A stretch of 64,000 nucleotides of DNA from the human T2T-CHM13v2.0 reference genome, Homo sapiens, in NCBI RefSeq assembly GCF_009914755.1, contig NC_060928.1; one strand, written 5' to 3'. The notes below the pieces were generated by a model that saw nothing but the letters and a program-made list of their open reading frames with translations, was not told the origin of the DNA and did not search any database. Position 1 is the first letter of the stretch. The number at the start of each line of letters is the position of its first letter. A program made the translations under genes and the position numbers. Shown in pieces: positions 29,331-42,521 of this stretch.

Positions 29331-30381
29331 CAGAACCTATCTACTACATTAAGTGAGCACTTACTGTGTAGAGGATTTGAATGTGTGGTTACCAAGAGTT
29401 ACTCTAAACAAAAGAGCTGGACGAGATTTGACAGGAAAGGCAAAAAATAAATAAGGAAAGAATTCTGTCCTCTGGCCATTCTTAATGTAACAGAGAAAAA
29501 TAAGGCATAACAAATTAAGTAAAAAGTCATTTTTGTTTATTGTGTATGTATTACTGGAAAATAGTAAAAAATTGCATGATGTGTTTTAGCTATTTAGAAT
29601 GATTTATTGAACAGGAGATGTAAAGCCAAGATTCCAAATTGACAGATAACTATTAAATCACTTAAAAATCAAAAGGATAAAATGCTCCACTAAGCACTGC
29701 TGAAATACAACAATCTGATTCTTGTCTAGAAACCTGTATGAGCACATGAAAAAATTGCCATAGCATTTTGACAATTGCATAATTGCCCTGCTCAGATCAC
29801 TTCCACAAACTCTAATTTCTCTTAAATAAAATCTAAATTCTTTAAACTAACTTATTATCTTCTCAAATCTACATCCAACTTGTTTTTGTTTCTCCCTCTT
29901 CCTACCTGTATGCTTCTAAAATTTTATTATTTACAGTTTTTAAAACGTTCCACTCTCATTTCCACCACTCCACTTTCTTTCATGTTATTTTGTGACATGG
30001 ATTTTTTTTGTCTTGCACTCTGTTAAAAGCTTTCTCAAATTCCTTCTGTTAATACTTGATTTATACTACTTCCACTACAATAAACAAAAACGACTTTATA
30101 CTTAATTCGTGTATGTCTTATTTTCTCTATATTACATTATAAATAGCTGGAGGACAGAATTCTTTCTTGATCCATTTTTGCCTTCCCCATGGAAACCAGT
30201 CCAGTTTCGCGTGCTCAGCAGCTCTCAGTAACCACACATTCAAATCCTCTATATACTAAGTCCTCACTTCATCTCAGCCATTGGTTCATGGAAACCGCGA
30301 CCTGAAGCGAAACGAATGTAACTAAACCAATTTTCCCATAGGCTTATATAAAGAAGACTTAAATTCCTAGGGCGTATTTCT

Positions 30382-30591
30382 TTTCCTTTTTTCTTAAATT
30401 TAATTTTAAGTTCCGGGATACATGTGCAGAACGTGCAGGTTTGTTACGTAGGTAAACATGTGCCACGGTGGTTTGCTGCACCTCTCAACCCATCGCCTAG
30501 GTATTAAGCCCCGCATGCATTCGCTATTTATCCCGATTTTCTCCCTACCCTCGTCCTCCCGACAGACCCAGTGTGTGTTCCCTTCCCTGCG
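30382..30591 (-). mobile_element. L1PA (about PA8-10) 3' end nested in MER6
   Basis: GGATACATGTGCAGAACGTGCAGGTTTGTTAC; diverged 18-nt TSD TTCCTAGGGCGTATTTCT / TTCCTGGGGCATATGTCT. Confidence 0.88.
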
Positions 30592-30914
30592 TTCCTGGGG
30601 CATATGTCTAGTCACAAAACATCACCAACTTATGCATAAAGACTAAAACACTTCCAGTATTAAACATTGAAATATGTGTGAGCTAAATGTACTATTAAGA
30701 TAGAGTCAAAAAACAGAGAATTATTTACGCAATTTTTGGTGAATCGGTAAGTGATGGCAGTCGTAGTGGTGGTGGGTAAAATCAAAGAATAAGTGTGTTT
30801 GCAAAGCATTTTAAAATTCCAGTTCAGGGTCTAGAGTGGCCAGAGCCTATCCCTATAGCTTTGGACTCCCAGCAGGCACCAGCCTGGCCTGAACACCCTC
30901 CCATCACTGGTGAT

Positions 30915-31138
30915 TCACATGCACACTCACACACTCACACCCACATTCACCCACACACCCACACCCACACTCACACACTTGCTCACACTCACCCACTCAA
31001 CCACACTCGCTCACACTTATCCACTCACACTCTCACCCTCACTCACCCCCACACACTCACACCCACACTTGCCCACACTCATCCACACTCACACTCACCC
31101 ACACTTACCTACACCCACCTCACACTCACACTCACACT
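30915..31138. repeat. (CACACT/CACACC)n degenerate low-complexity repeat
   Basis: About 220 nt of mixed CACACT/CACCCA units; source of the His/Thr-rich pseudo-ORFs. Confidence 0.9.
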
Positions 31139-31339
31139 GGGGCCATGGAGGATCAACTCACAGGTACAGCTTTGGGATGTGGGAGGAACCCAGAATGTAT
31201 GGAGAAAACCCACACAGACGTGGGGAGAACACACACTCCACACAGACAGGGTCCCCAATGGGAATTCATTTTTTTCTCCTCAATTTTAGAACACAGCGTT
31301 GAATGAAATGTTATTCGAGGACCTGCTATATATAAGATT

Positions 31340-32760
31340 GACACTTGGGATAGCAGTGCTTAGTCATATATGAAGGACAGGAAGGAGCCCATTGTGCCTG
31401 AAAAGTAGGAAATAAGCCAGACAATGGAAGATGTGGTTGGAAAAGTAGCAACGCCTGGATTACAGGGGGCATGTCACCTTGGTAAAGAATATGGATTCTT
31501 ATTTACCTGTATGGTAATAGTATTGGAAACTATTAATCTGTCCCTGACAATCTGCTTTGTGTTTGGTTGTTGTGTAGAGAGAATGCACTGAAGGAGGTGA
31601 AGCTGAAATGAAAGCCTGGAGACCAACATGAAGTTGATGCATTAATACAAACAAGAGAACAGTGACCTGGACTAAACAAGTAGCAGTAAAGAAGGGAGAA
31701 GTGGCCGGGCACGGTGGCTCAAGCCTGTAATCCCAGCACTTTGGGAGGCCGAGGCAGGCAGATTACCTGAGGTCGAGAGTTCGAGACCATCCTGGCCAAC
31801 ATAGTGAAACCACGTCTCTACTAAAAATACAAAAATTAGCCAGGCATGGTGGTGCGTGCCTGTAATCCCAGCTACTTGGGAGGCTCAGGCAGGAGAATCG
31901 CTTGAACCTAGGAAGCAGAGGTTGCAGTGAGCCGAGATCGCACCATTGCACAGCCTGGGCAACAAAAGCAAAACTCTGTCTCAAAAAATAAAAATAAATA
32001 AAAATAAAAGAGAAAGAAGTGCTCCGATTCTGGATATATTTCAGATGTAGAATGCAAAGGACTTGCTGATGGATTAGAAGTGGGTGGAGAGAAAAAGGAG
32101 GTGCCAATGATGCTCCTAGAATTTGGGTTTGGGCTTCTGGGTGGACAGTGGTGCCATTTACTGAGATGGTGAAAAGTCAGGAAGAAGGTGGCCGTGGCAG
32201 ATGAGTGGTCAAGTCAAGTTTGAATTTAGACCAAATAGAGGTGCCACTGAAATATCAGGAGAGAAGGTAAGGCTAAGGAATCATAGGCTAAGGAAACATC
32301 TGGGCATTAAAAGTCATAGTTATGGGGGAGACAGTTAGGCTTAGTTATGCTTAAGAACAGAAGACAAAAAAGAGGGCCTGAGACTGAGCTTGCCCTGGGA
32401 GAGGATTATGTTAGAAAATGCAAGCGGAGAAGGTATTTTAAAAGAAAAACAGTACACGTTCCATCCAATACTGGAGGGCAGTTGAAATCAGGACAGAGAA
32501 AAGATCACTGGATTTGGCAACATGGAAATCAGGTGATGATGATATGAGTCCTTTCAATGGGGTAGAGAGGGCAGAAGCTGACTTGAATGGGCTAAGAAGG
32601 GACAGGGAGAGGAGAGACAGTAGATAGCAGATACAGACAAGAATTTTGACACATTTGCTTTTGAAAGGAAACAGAGAAATGAGGCAGAGGCTAGACCAGG
32701 ATTTGGTGTGAATAGAATTTTTAAGGTGGGAGACTCACACACAATCCAGTATTAAAGGGC
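31340..32760 (-). mobile_element. L2 element interrupted by an Alu
   Basis: Purine-rich antisense L2 motifs (GGACTTGCTGATGGATTAGA, GGTGCCATTTACTGAGATGG, CACTGGATTTGGCAACATGG). Confidence 0.75.
31703..32009 (+). mobile_element. AluS (Sq-like)
   Basis: Dimeric Alu, (TAAAA)n tail, AGAAGT shared by both flanks. Confidence 0.92.
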
Positions 32761-33564
32761 TTATTTAATAGAATAGGAGGATAATCAAGAGGGGAAAACA
32801 TACTTCAATCATGCAATTTTGATGGCTTCAGAAAGAGTGGCCCTACCAGCCTGAAAATGTGTGAAGAAAGGCAATGAAAGCCTCATGGTCATTTGACCGA
32901 ATTTTGCCCTCAGAAGTGTAAAGTCATTCCCTTTGAATCTATTATAGTGAGACCTCTCAGTGTTTCAAATTGTTGTCAAGCTCCTCAATTTTTACCAACA
33001 AACTTGAGATCAAGGATCTAATCTTAGGAAACACCTACAGACACAGAGGGAGTTAAAGGAGGAATCACAAAGAGTAAGACTAGCTTTAAGGAGAGGAGAG
33101 GGTCATTAAATTCTGTCTAGGGCAGCGTACAGATGGCAGGAGAAATGCTCTTGACTTTGATCTAGAAAAGATCACAGGTTTCAGTAAATTTGGGGAAGAT
33201 GGAAACCAAATTGCAGAGGAAAGTGCATAGTGAGTAGGAAGAAACCATCTGTTCAAAGAAATGTTGTCACCATATGTAGGAGAGAGATGGCATGGCAGAA
33301 GGCAGGGGAAGCAAAGTCAATCAATCATTGTCACCAAACAGGCACACACTGGAGTAAACAGGTAGACTTGCTGGTATACTGAGAATATTGCTGCTCAAGG
33401 CACGTGTTCATAAAGGCACTTTTTACATCACATGGAGTTAGAAAGCCGGTTCTAGGAGTAGGTGAAAACATCCTAACAGCTTTTCTCATCATAAATCATA
33501 ATAATTTAGAAAGCAAGAAGACAAGATAAAGATAAATTGGGCATAATGAAAATAGAATTTAGCT

Positions 33565-33705
33565 GTGAATCAGGAGTTTTGAGTTCTACTACAAAGGAAG
33601 GATTTCCTGTAGGCTTGAGTTTCTTATCTATAGATAGGATACAAGAATGGTTCAGATTAAACCACTTTGAAGGTCTAATTGAGATCTAAAATGCCATGAT
33701 TCTAA
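33565..33705 (+). mobile_element. MIR3-like fragment
   Basis: GAGTTTCTTATCTAT...CTAAAATGCCATGATTCT. Confidence 0.5.
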
Positions 33706-36118
33706 AATAATTGCATTTCAATTTGGAAAGTGGGTCCAAAGATAGGGAAAAAATCTGAAGGAATCAGCAGAAGCAAGCATGGAGATCCACATTGAATCTC
33801 CCAAGCCAGAAGAGGAACTGCAACCCATAGGCATTGTTTGTTGCCTAAAGATATGTGACATGTAGATAAGTCAGAACAGAGTACCTTAATTCTTAATTTA
33901 TATTGGGTACAGAATCTGTGAGTGGAACCACATACACTGTTTTTCCTGTAGTCCCTGTGATTGCCTTATGATTGGTAGCATGTGTGGATTAGCATAAAGA
34001 GATTTATTTTTTGAGAACCTGGAGACATTATCAGATTATTTAATACCTCCTTGATTGATGCTGAAACCAGATAATGGCAACCTGGTATTTGTCCCTACCC
34101 AAATCTTACTCAAGTGCTTTTCAATATAATCTTTGTAATCTTAGCAAAGAGTTACAATAAAGATCAAGCTAACACCTGACAACTGTTCAACATTTGATTT
34201 GTTTTTTAAATACAAAGCAAACATTCAGATTGAATTATTGCCTTAATCCACACGGATCACTTTAGTCCTGGATAAACTAGATGGAAGTCAGTAATACTCA
34301 ATACTGTAGCTCTAAAAAGATGTTGCCAACCCAATATTTAATAATATACCTTTCAGACTGCCAACCATTTTTCATGCATGAGCTTTGAAAAAGCAGTTTC
34401 CAACTTGCGGATCCTTTAGTCATTTCGTAAAGGTCATGAGGAAGAATGTGGCAGACAGAGATTAAGTGTTTGTCCTGGAGTCTCTCATTGATGGAAAAGC
34501 GAAATTCCCTAGGAGCTATTTTGACTCCAAGGTAGGTTTCTAGCAACTATAGTGGAGCTAGCTGCACGTAGCCCCAAGCAGGCCAATTAATTGTCAAAAC
34601 CCAGAAGGGAGTGTGCAAAGGGAACTATTAGAAAGGAAACCCCTCAATTTTCACATCCTAATCACAGCAGTCTGATCTCTAGAAAGACCTCTATAAAAGC
34701 AGTTTTGTGTTTCTCTAGATCCTTTCAGGCAAATAACCCTAGGGCTCTGATTTCTGCATCGACATTTCTTTGGCCACTGTGAACTGTGCAGTCCTTTGAC
34801 AAGCCCAAGTACAGTTGCACTGTTTTTCATAAAATCAGCTTTCATTTGTAAAGCACAATGTAAATGTCAGAAATGGGAAATTTTTAGGACAAAACAGGTC
34901 ACAGTCTTCCAACTTTTCCCACACAGCAGAGATTTTCCCTAATTGTGTTCAAGTGCCTACCTGAACAAAAAGGAACACTTCATTTCACTCTGTGACAGTG
35001 GCTGTGGGGTTACTATCATGCTCTGGGAATTAAAGAAAAGAAATTAGAGCGCTCTGCTCTTTTATCACCTCCTGAGAGTTGGCCTCATGGCTAGAGTAAA
35101 CTTGGCCTTGAAATGGAGTTCAAATAACTTAAGGAACAGAGGTATCATGGTATTAAGCACCTGTAGGAAAGCAACATATGGCAAAATGGTGCATAGGTTG
35201 GTGATAAGTATTGTAGGAGTCATATATCTCAAGAGAGGATGGCCTGATTTGATGACTTTCACATCATTCTCTGGGTTCATCATAAATATACAAGCCATGT
35301 TTGTTTATGAGAAAGTTTGTTTGTTATGCAGATTGGCACTAGTTTTATATTTTAAAAAGTTCTCTACAATTATTCCAATCAAGTTTAAACTTTCAGAGAG
35401 ACCATTGTTAAGGCTAGATTTATTCCTTCTCTTCCTTTTTTTGTTGGGACATAGCTCAACTTAGTTCTCTTTCAGAACACAAATTTATAATAATCAAATT
35501 TTAAAAGGTTTTAATGTTTTTATTATATAATTCATGATGAATAATGATTAAATTTATGGCAAGAGAAATTGGAAATTGATCATGCATATGCTGACATTTT
35601 TAGTCAATTGAATCATATACGTTAGGCTGGGTCTGTCCACTATATATCATAAAATACTCACACATTTATGACGGGCAAGGCTTTCAAAATTTACCATATC
35701 CCAGAAAACCAAGCCAAAATTGAGCATATGTTTTTCTTTTAATTATCACTTAATAATAATTCTGGGCCTTATTTTTAAAGAGCATTGGCAGGATAACTTG
35801 GCGTAGGAATCGACATGCTTTGTTGACTGGCAAGTTCTTGCTAGCGTCTTTCCTGCATTGCTGTGTTTCCTTAAACAAATCTATCAGTATTTGCAGAATT
35901 AGATCAATTGGAGCTGGAAACATCTTCCTGGATGATGGAGCCTTTCCTCTGACTCACAACCAGTTGCTGTGTGCAGCTTCTCCTGTACACTTTGGCCTAG
36001 TTTTACCACAGTAAGAAAAACGTATGTGACTCCACTTTCAGTTTCCAACGCTCATGTCTGCCCAGGATTCCCTAATTAACAGTTGACTATTTTTAACTTT
36101 TTGCGTTTTGTGTCTTAC

Positions 36119-36306
36119 CATGTAGTTTTCAAAATTGGTTCTGGTAAAGTCACATCTGGTACCTTTAGTTGCCTTTTGGTTTCTAGACTCACTTTCTCCA
36201 CTGTGAAATCTGCATGTGCTGGTACTGCTGGCAGCTCCTCCAACAGACCTGCTGAAATAGCTGCAGAATCCTTTAGGACAGGAAATGAAGTTGCCAGAAT
36301 TATTTT
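36119..36306 (-). other. Best-supported candidate exon (188 nt)
   Basis: TTTTCTAACTTACTTTGCTCTAG acceptor with CTAAC branch point; ATG|GTAAGA donor; two frames open across the exon. Confidence 0.55.
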
Positions 36307-37882
36307 CTAGAGCAAAGTAAGTTAGAAAATGTGTAAACAGGTAAAGCTTTGTCACCTATAAGGTGAACCAAAGTTGTGGGGTTCATCTCTCCTCTGCTGT
36401 CCTTCCCTTCCTCACCCAGCCTCCTTCTCCTCATATTAATGTCACATTGAAATCTGTGCTACTTGCAGGAACTTGAACTTCTGTCTCAAGCATCTTTGGA
36501 CACATTCTTTTCTTTCTTCCTGAAGTGGTCTTCCCTCTATAGCCTTCAAATTCATGTGTTAATTTACCCTTAAATTTATTTTCTTTCTCTCCTTTTTTAG
36601 CCATATTTCTTTTATTTATGTTTCTTGCTGTGTATATGCATAGATACACACATATATGCTGTATGTGTATATATAATATAAGCTACTTCATTTCCTCTTT
36701 ACAAGGCAAATATGCAATATGAAAAGATACCACACAGGATATTAAGCATTGGTGAACTGCTGCCCTGAAGTTATTTATACTCCATTTGGAGAAAGTCTTA
36801 AAAAATTATCTACTAAAAATTCTGCAGTACAGATTTAGAAGTGAAGTATATTCAGGCCCAGAGGTAACAAAAAAGTGAGAATAATCATTTCTGCACATGG
36901 ACAGGGAGAAATGTGTTGCTAGAACACTACAAAAGTGATGCTATTTGCATCTTGAATCTTCAAGAATAAGAAAGAACATCAGAGAAAAATGGGACCTTGT
37001 TATTTAGCTTGGTTCTGTATTCAAGTGCAATGACATTGAGCCTTTCTTTCCTTCATTTTTTCCTGCTGCAGAATGCTAGTTATGTCTTATCCCCTAGATC
37101 TACATAGGTGAATCTGATCAGATTATAATAATTGCCACAAAAATATCATGTGGATATATGCTCTGGGGTTGTACAATACTCTTGCTGAAACAATACAGAT
37201 AAAAACTGGTTAAAATAAATTATGAGGGTTATTTGATGAAGAATAGGTATTATATAACGGGTCTTTATGAAAAAAACTGCTCTTATAGTTTCTCCTTTGT
37301 GACAATATATGCAGATTTGAGGATGATATTTTTAATGTGTAATGATCAGTCCTTTGTCATACCAGTTAGTGGCCCTACCTCCTTCTTTGTAATCAGCTAC
37401 TATTCTAAAAGACTGCATGTCAGTAAATAATCTGTTAATGCAATAGCCTCAACTTCTCAAATTCTAAATATGATTTGGTAATCACATATCACATAAAGAT
37501 TTTATGAGAGAATTGGAAAAGAAAAATCCGTCATGGATAATCGGTGTGGTCTTTTGGCTAACACTTTATACTGTGCTTGCGGCTTGTACTTTTTCATATT
37601 TTGAATTCATTAATTGTGCATTTCTTTTTCCCCTGTTAGATTATAAGCACCCCGTGGGCAGGGACTGCTAGGTTCTTGATATCTACACAAGGCTCAGTAA
37701 GCATTGAGCTGAATGGAGAGGCTGGCCCAGCTAGAAAGCATACAGATTATGCTGATGGTGCCAGCTGGATGGAATTGAACTGAGGAAATTAGCATTGATT
37801 CTAGAATTAGAACCACCTCCTCTCAGTCTGCCATGTAGCCAAATCTTAAACCAAGGGTTATTTTGATTTTTTAAAAAATCGC

Positions 37883-38220
<338 letters not shown>

Positions 38221-39562
38221 TTAAGTTTACTAGGTAGAAGATTTTCTGAATTGGAACCATGTTTTTCATATTTTTCCTGTGCAAATAATTCTCAGTTGAT
38301 AATGTAATTAGACATAACCCAGCTAATTTCTTTGGTATTCCTAACATTTAATTAGCATGTTGTTCTTATTCATTAATACTGTGGTGATATTTTCAGTGCT
38401 ATTCTTGAGCATTCAAGGTGGTATCAAAGAAATGATTTTTCATGACATGACCACCATGCTATTTGGAAGAAGGAATGTTTGTGCTTGAATACACCATGCC
38501 TGCGAGAGTAGACTGCCTCTGTGTCCAGCCATCCCCACAGGGGAGACGCCTCGCAGTGGCGAGAATCCTGATACAGACCTACAGGGAATGACTGGCATTG
38601 GCTGCTTTCGATTCTGCTGTGATTGCTGATGTCCCCTGCGGTTCAAAGGATAATTCAGTTTCACCAAGTGTTCTCTTGTTTTGGACTCCATGGTGGAGCC
38701 ACCAATTTTGCTATCTCATAGGAAATTATTTTTGTGAGGCCTCTTTTATTGGTTATCCAGCCTCTCTCTGAAGCCCGTTCACCCTCAGAGCATCTGGAAG
38801 GAGACAGGACAAATACAGTTTGAGAAAAAAGAGGATATGATATAGGGAGAATTCCTTCTACACTGGAAAGAAAAAAAAATGGAAAATCTGCCCCTTACAC
38901 TCTGGTGGTGATGAGGAAGAGAAACAAGAAAGGAAAAGAAAATTGGAAAAAGAAAAGTGGACAGACATGTTTATGTCTCAGTCCACTCTTCTGGGATGAA
39001 ACGGAGGGAGTGTGGGAAGATGTTAGATCCTTTGAAGGGAAGGCTGAAGTCAGAGACATGGAAAGAACCCAGAAGCAGAAGGTCCCTGAGCTGAGGGCAA
39101 CAGGTCTGGCACAGAAGCATCCTCAGGAGAGACCCACTGCTGGGTACAGAGCCCTGGAGGAGGCACCCTGTGGATAGGGCGGAGACTCGGAGGCATCTAC
39201 AGCAACAGATGCCAAAGACAGGCCACAATGCTTCACTGAGTGCTTCACGGAGTAAATAGAACAAGGAACAATTCACCAGGTACTTTGGAGCAAAGACGAG
39301 TGAAGATGCAGGTAAAACTCCTTGACTTAAGCTCCTTTTCCCCCTTTGCTCGTAGGGCATTAGATGTCCTCTTCATTCACCTGGATGTCACCCTGTGGAG
39401 GAGCTGAGTGCGTTGTGCATGTCCACTTAACGTTTGCACGCATGTGTGCAGATACGTGTGCTATGTATATGCTGGTGGAGGGTGGCATGGGCTGTCATCC
39501 AATAGAAGGGGCTTTTACCTGGAACAGGTGAAGTTAATGAACAATTACTAATTAAATACTAC

Positions 39563-40359
<797 letters not shown>

Positions 40360-40659
40360 ATGTACCAGGAAAGGTAGACCTCTGTTCTACTCTCTAGTTG
40401 GATGATGCTGGAGGGAATATTAGGACCTGTTGTAGAGTATAAAGAAAGAACATTTTATTTGCAAATATGCATAATTGTAGTTGACACCCTGCTACCCATA
40501 GGTTAAATACACAATTTATTCTGGGAAAGAAGAGTAAAACTATATTAAAAGTTTTAAATGTGCTGCTTTCTAATCATGGAATACATTATTTTTGCCACTT
40601 CCATTCAATTATCTGTCATGGTATTCATGTTCTCTCCATACTAGTCATTATAGGATCTC

Positions 40660-41142
<483 letters not shown>

Positions 41143-41444
41143 CTATTGCACGTGGAAGAAGACAAGTTGAATCCGACAAAGTTCTTTTGCTCAAGAGTGA
41201 TATGCCCTATTAAGGGAGATAACAGGGACACAGGTAAATCTGTAAGTCAGCAGTAGAACAGTGTGTGACAACTGCCATGTAAGTGGAGCAAATGGGGCAT
41301 ATGCCTCAGACAAGGGAGGCTGAGTCTTACTGCGTTTATTTTTACTTAACTTATATTGCAAGCATTACGTCTGTATACAGTGGGGAAAGAAATAAATGAT
41401 GAAGGAAGACTTGTAAGTCTTTAGGAACTTAGCGTTCTAACAGT

Positions 41445-41708
41445 CCCTCACACCTCTAATCCCAGCACTTCGGGAGCCCGAGGTGGGTGGATTGCATGAG
41501 TCCAGGAGTTCAAGACCAGCCTGGGCAACATGGTGAAACTCCATCTCTACAAACAATTAACTGGGCATGGTGGCGCGCACCTGTGGTCCCAGCTACCTGG
41601 GAGGCTGAGGTGGGAGGATCACCTGAGCCCAGGAGGCCAAGGTTGCCATGAATGCTAATGCATGCCAGCCTGAATGACAGAGGGAGATCCTGTCTCAAAA
41701 AAATAAAA
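41445..41708 (+). mobile_element. AluJ, diverged
   Basis: GGGAGGATCACCTGAGCCCAGGAGG (J-type). Confidence 0.85.
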
Positions 41709-42485
41709 GGAATTAGTAAAAAGAAAATATTTTGGCTTCACGGTGATAGCTATAGGGAAACTAGGTTTTCCCAGTCTTTCTAGATAGTATTTGATCCTAT
41801 ATGCTCCAGAATCCACGGGCTTTGACTTTGACTTTCTTTTGTCTTCTTTCCATTCCTACCGACCTACTCACATAGCTCCTTAGTTATGTCAGACCAGCAA
41901 TGTCTCTGGGTCACCTCTTCGGACAAAACCATATTATTGCTTATGTTTGAAGCAGCATCAAAGTCACCAGCTTCTCTCAAAGAAGAAGGTGACATGTGAC
42001 TATGATCCCTGATGGCTGGATTTTTGATGCCAGGATCCCTGTAGTCAGAAACTTCTTATTTTTGGAACACTATATGGCTATTTCAAGTGGAGGCTCAGTT
42101 CTTTCTGGGAGTTGTACTACGCAGCATTTTCTTGTGTGAGAAAGGAAGCTAATCCCCTTGGGGCGGCTGTGGGGCTAATAACCTCGTTGTTATAACTAAT
42201 CTACTTTAAAGTATAATTCTTCAAAGATGCGTTTTACAATTTTTAAAGCATATTATTTTCACAGTTGAAGCACTCAGAGGAAAGGGGTATTCAGGGTATT
42301 TTGAAGAGATTAGACACGTATTTTTTCACGACATTTTTCCCCCATGATTTTGTAGCCTCTCCCTACAGAAAGGAATAAAAAGACGTTTCTCTTTGTTCCC
42401 CCTCTTCCTGCTCTTGTAATTGGACTTGGAGTTCTTGCGGAAGGGAAAGAGATTGAAGATGCACCAATGATTTGCTAATCAATAG

Positions 42486-42487
<2 letters not shown>

Positions 42488-42519
<32 letters not shown>
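42488..42519. repeat. (TA)n microsatellite
   Basis: Seen directly. Confidence 0.95.

Positions 42520-42521
<2 letters not shown>

Larger units (their letters stand above)
30254..31328 (-). mobile_element. MER6 (TcMar-Tigger MITE) interrupted by L1PA, with internal low-complexity expansion
   Basis: Termini TAAGTCCTCAC and TTATTCGAGGACCTGCT flanked by TA; internal TTTGGGATGTGGGAGGAACC...GGAGAAAACCCACACAGAC. Confidence 0.8.

Noticed and set aside
30795-31302. 164-aa and 130-aa His/Thr-rich ORFs
   Set aside because: Artefacts of the stop-free (CACACT)n tract within MER6
38971-39360. 129-aa minus-strand ORF
   Set aside because: No domain similarity or clear splice context; compatible with chance in a locally GC-richer stretch
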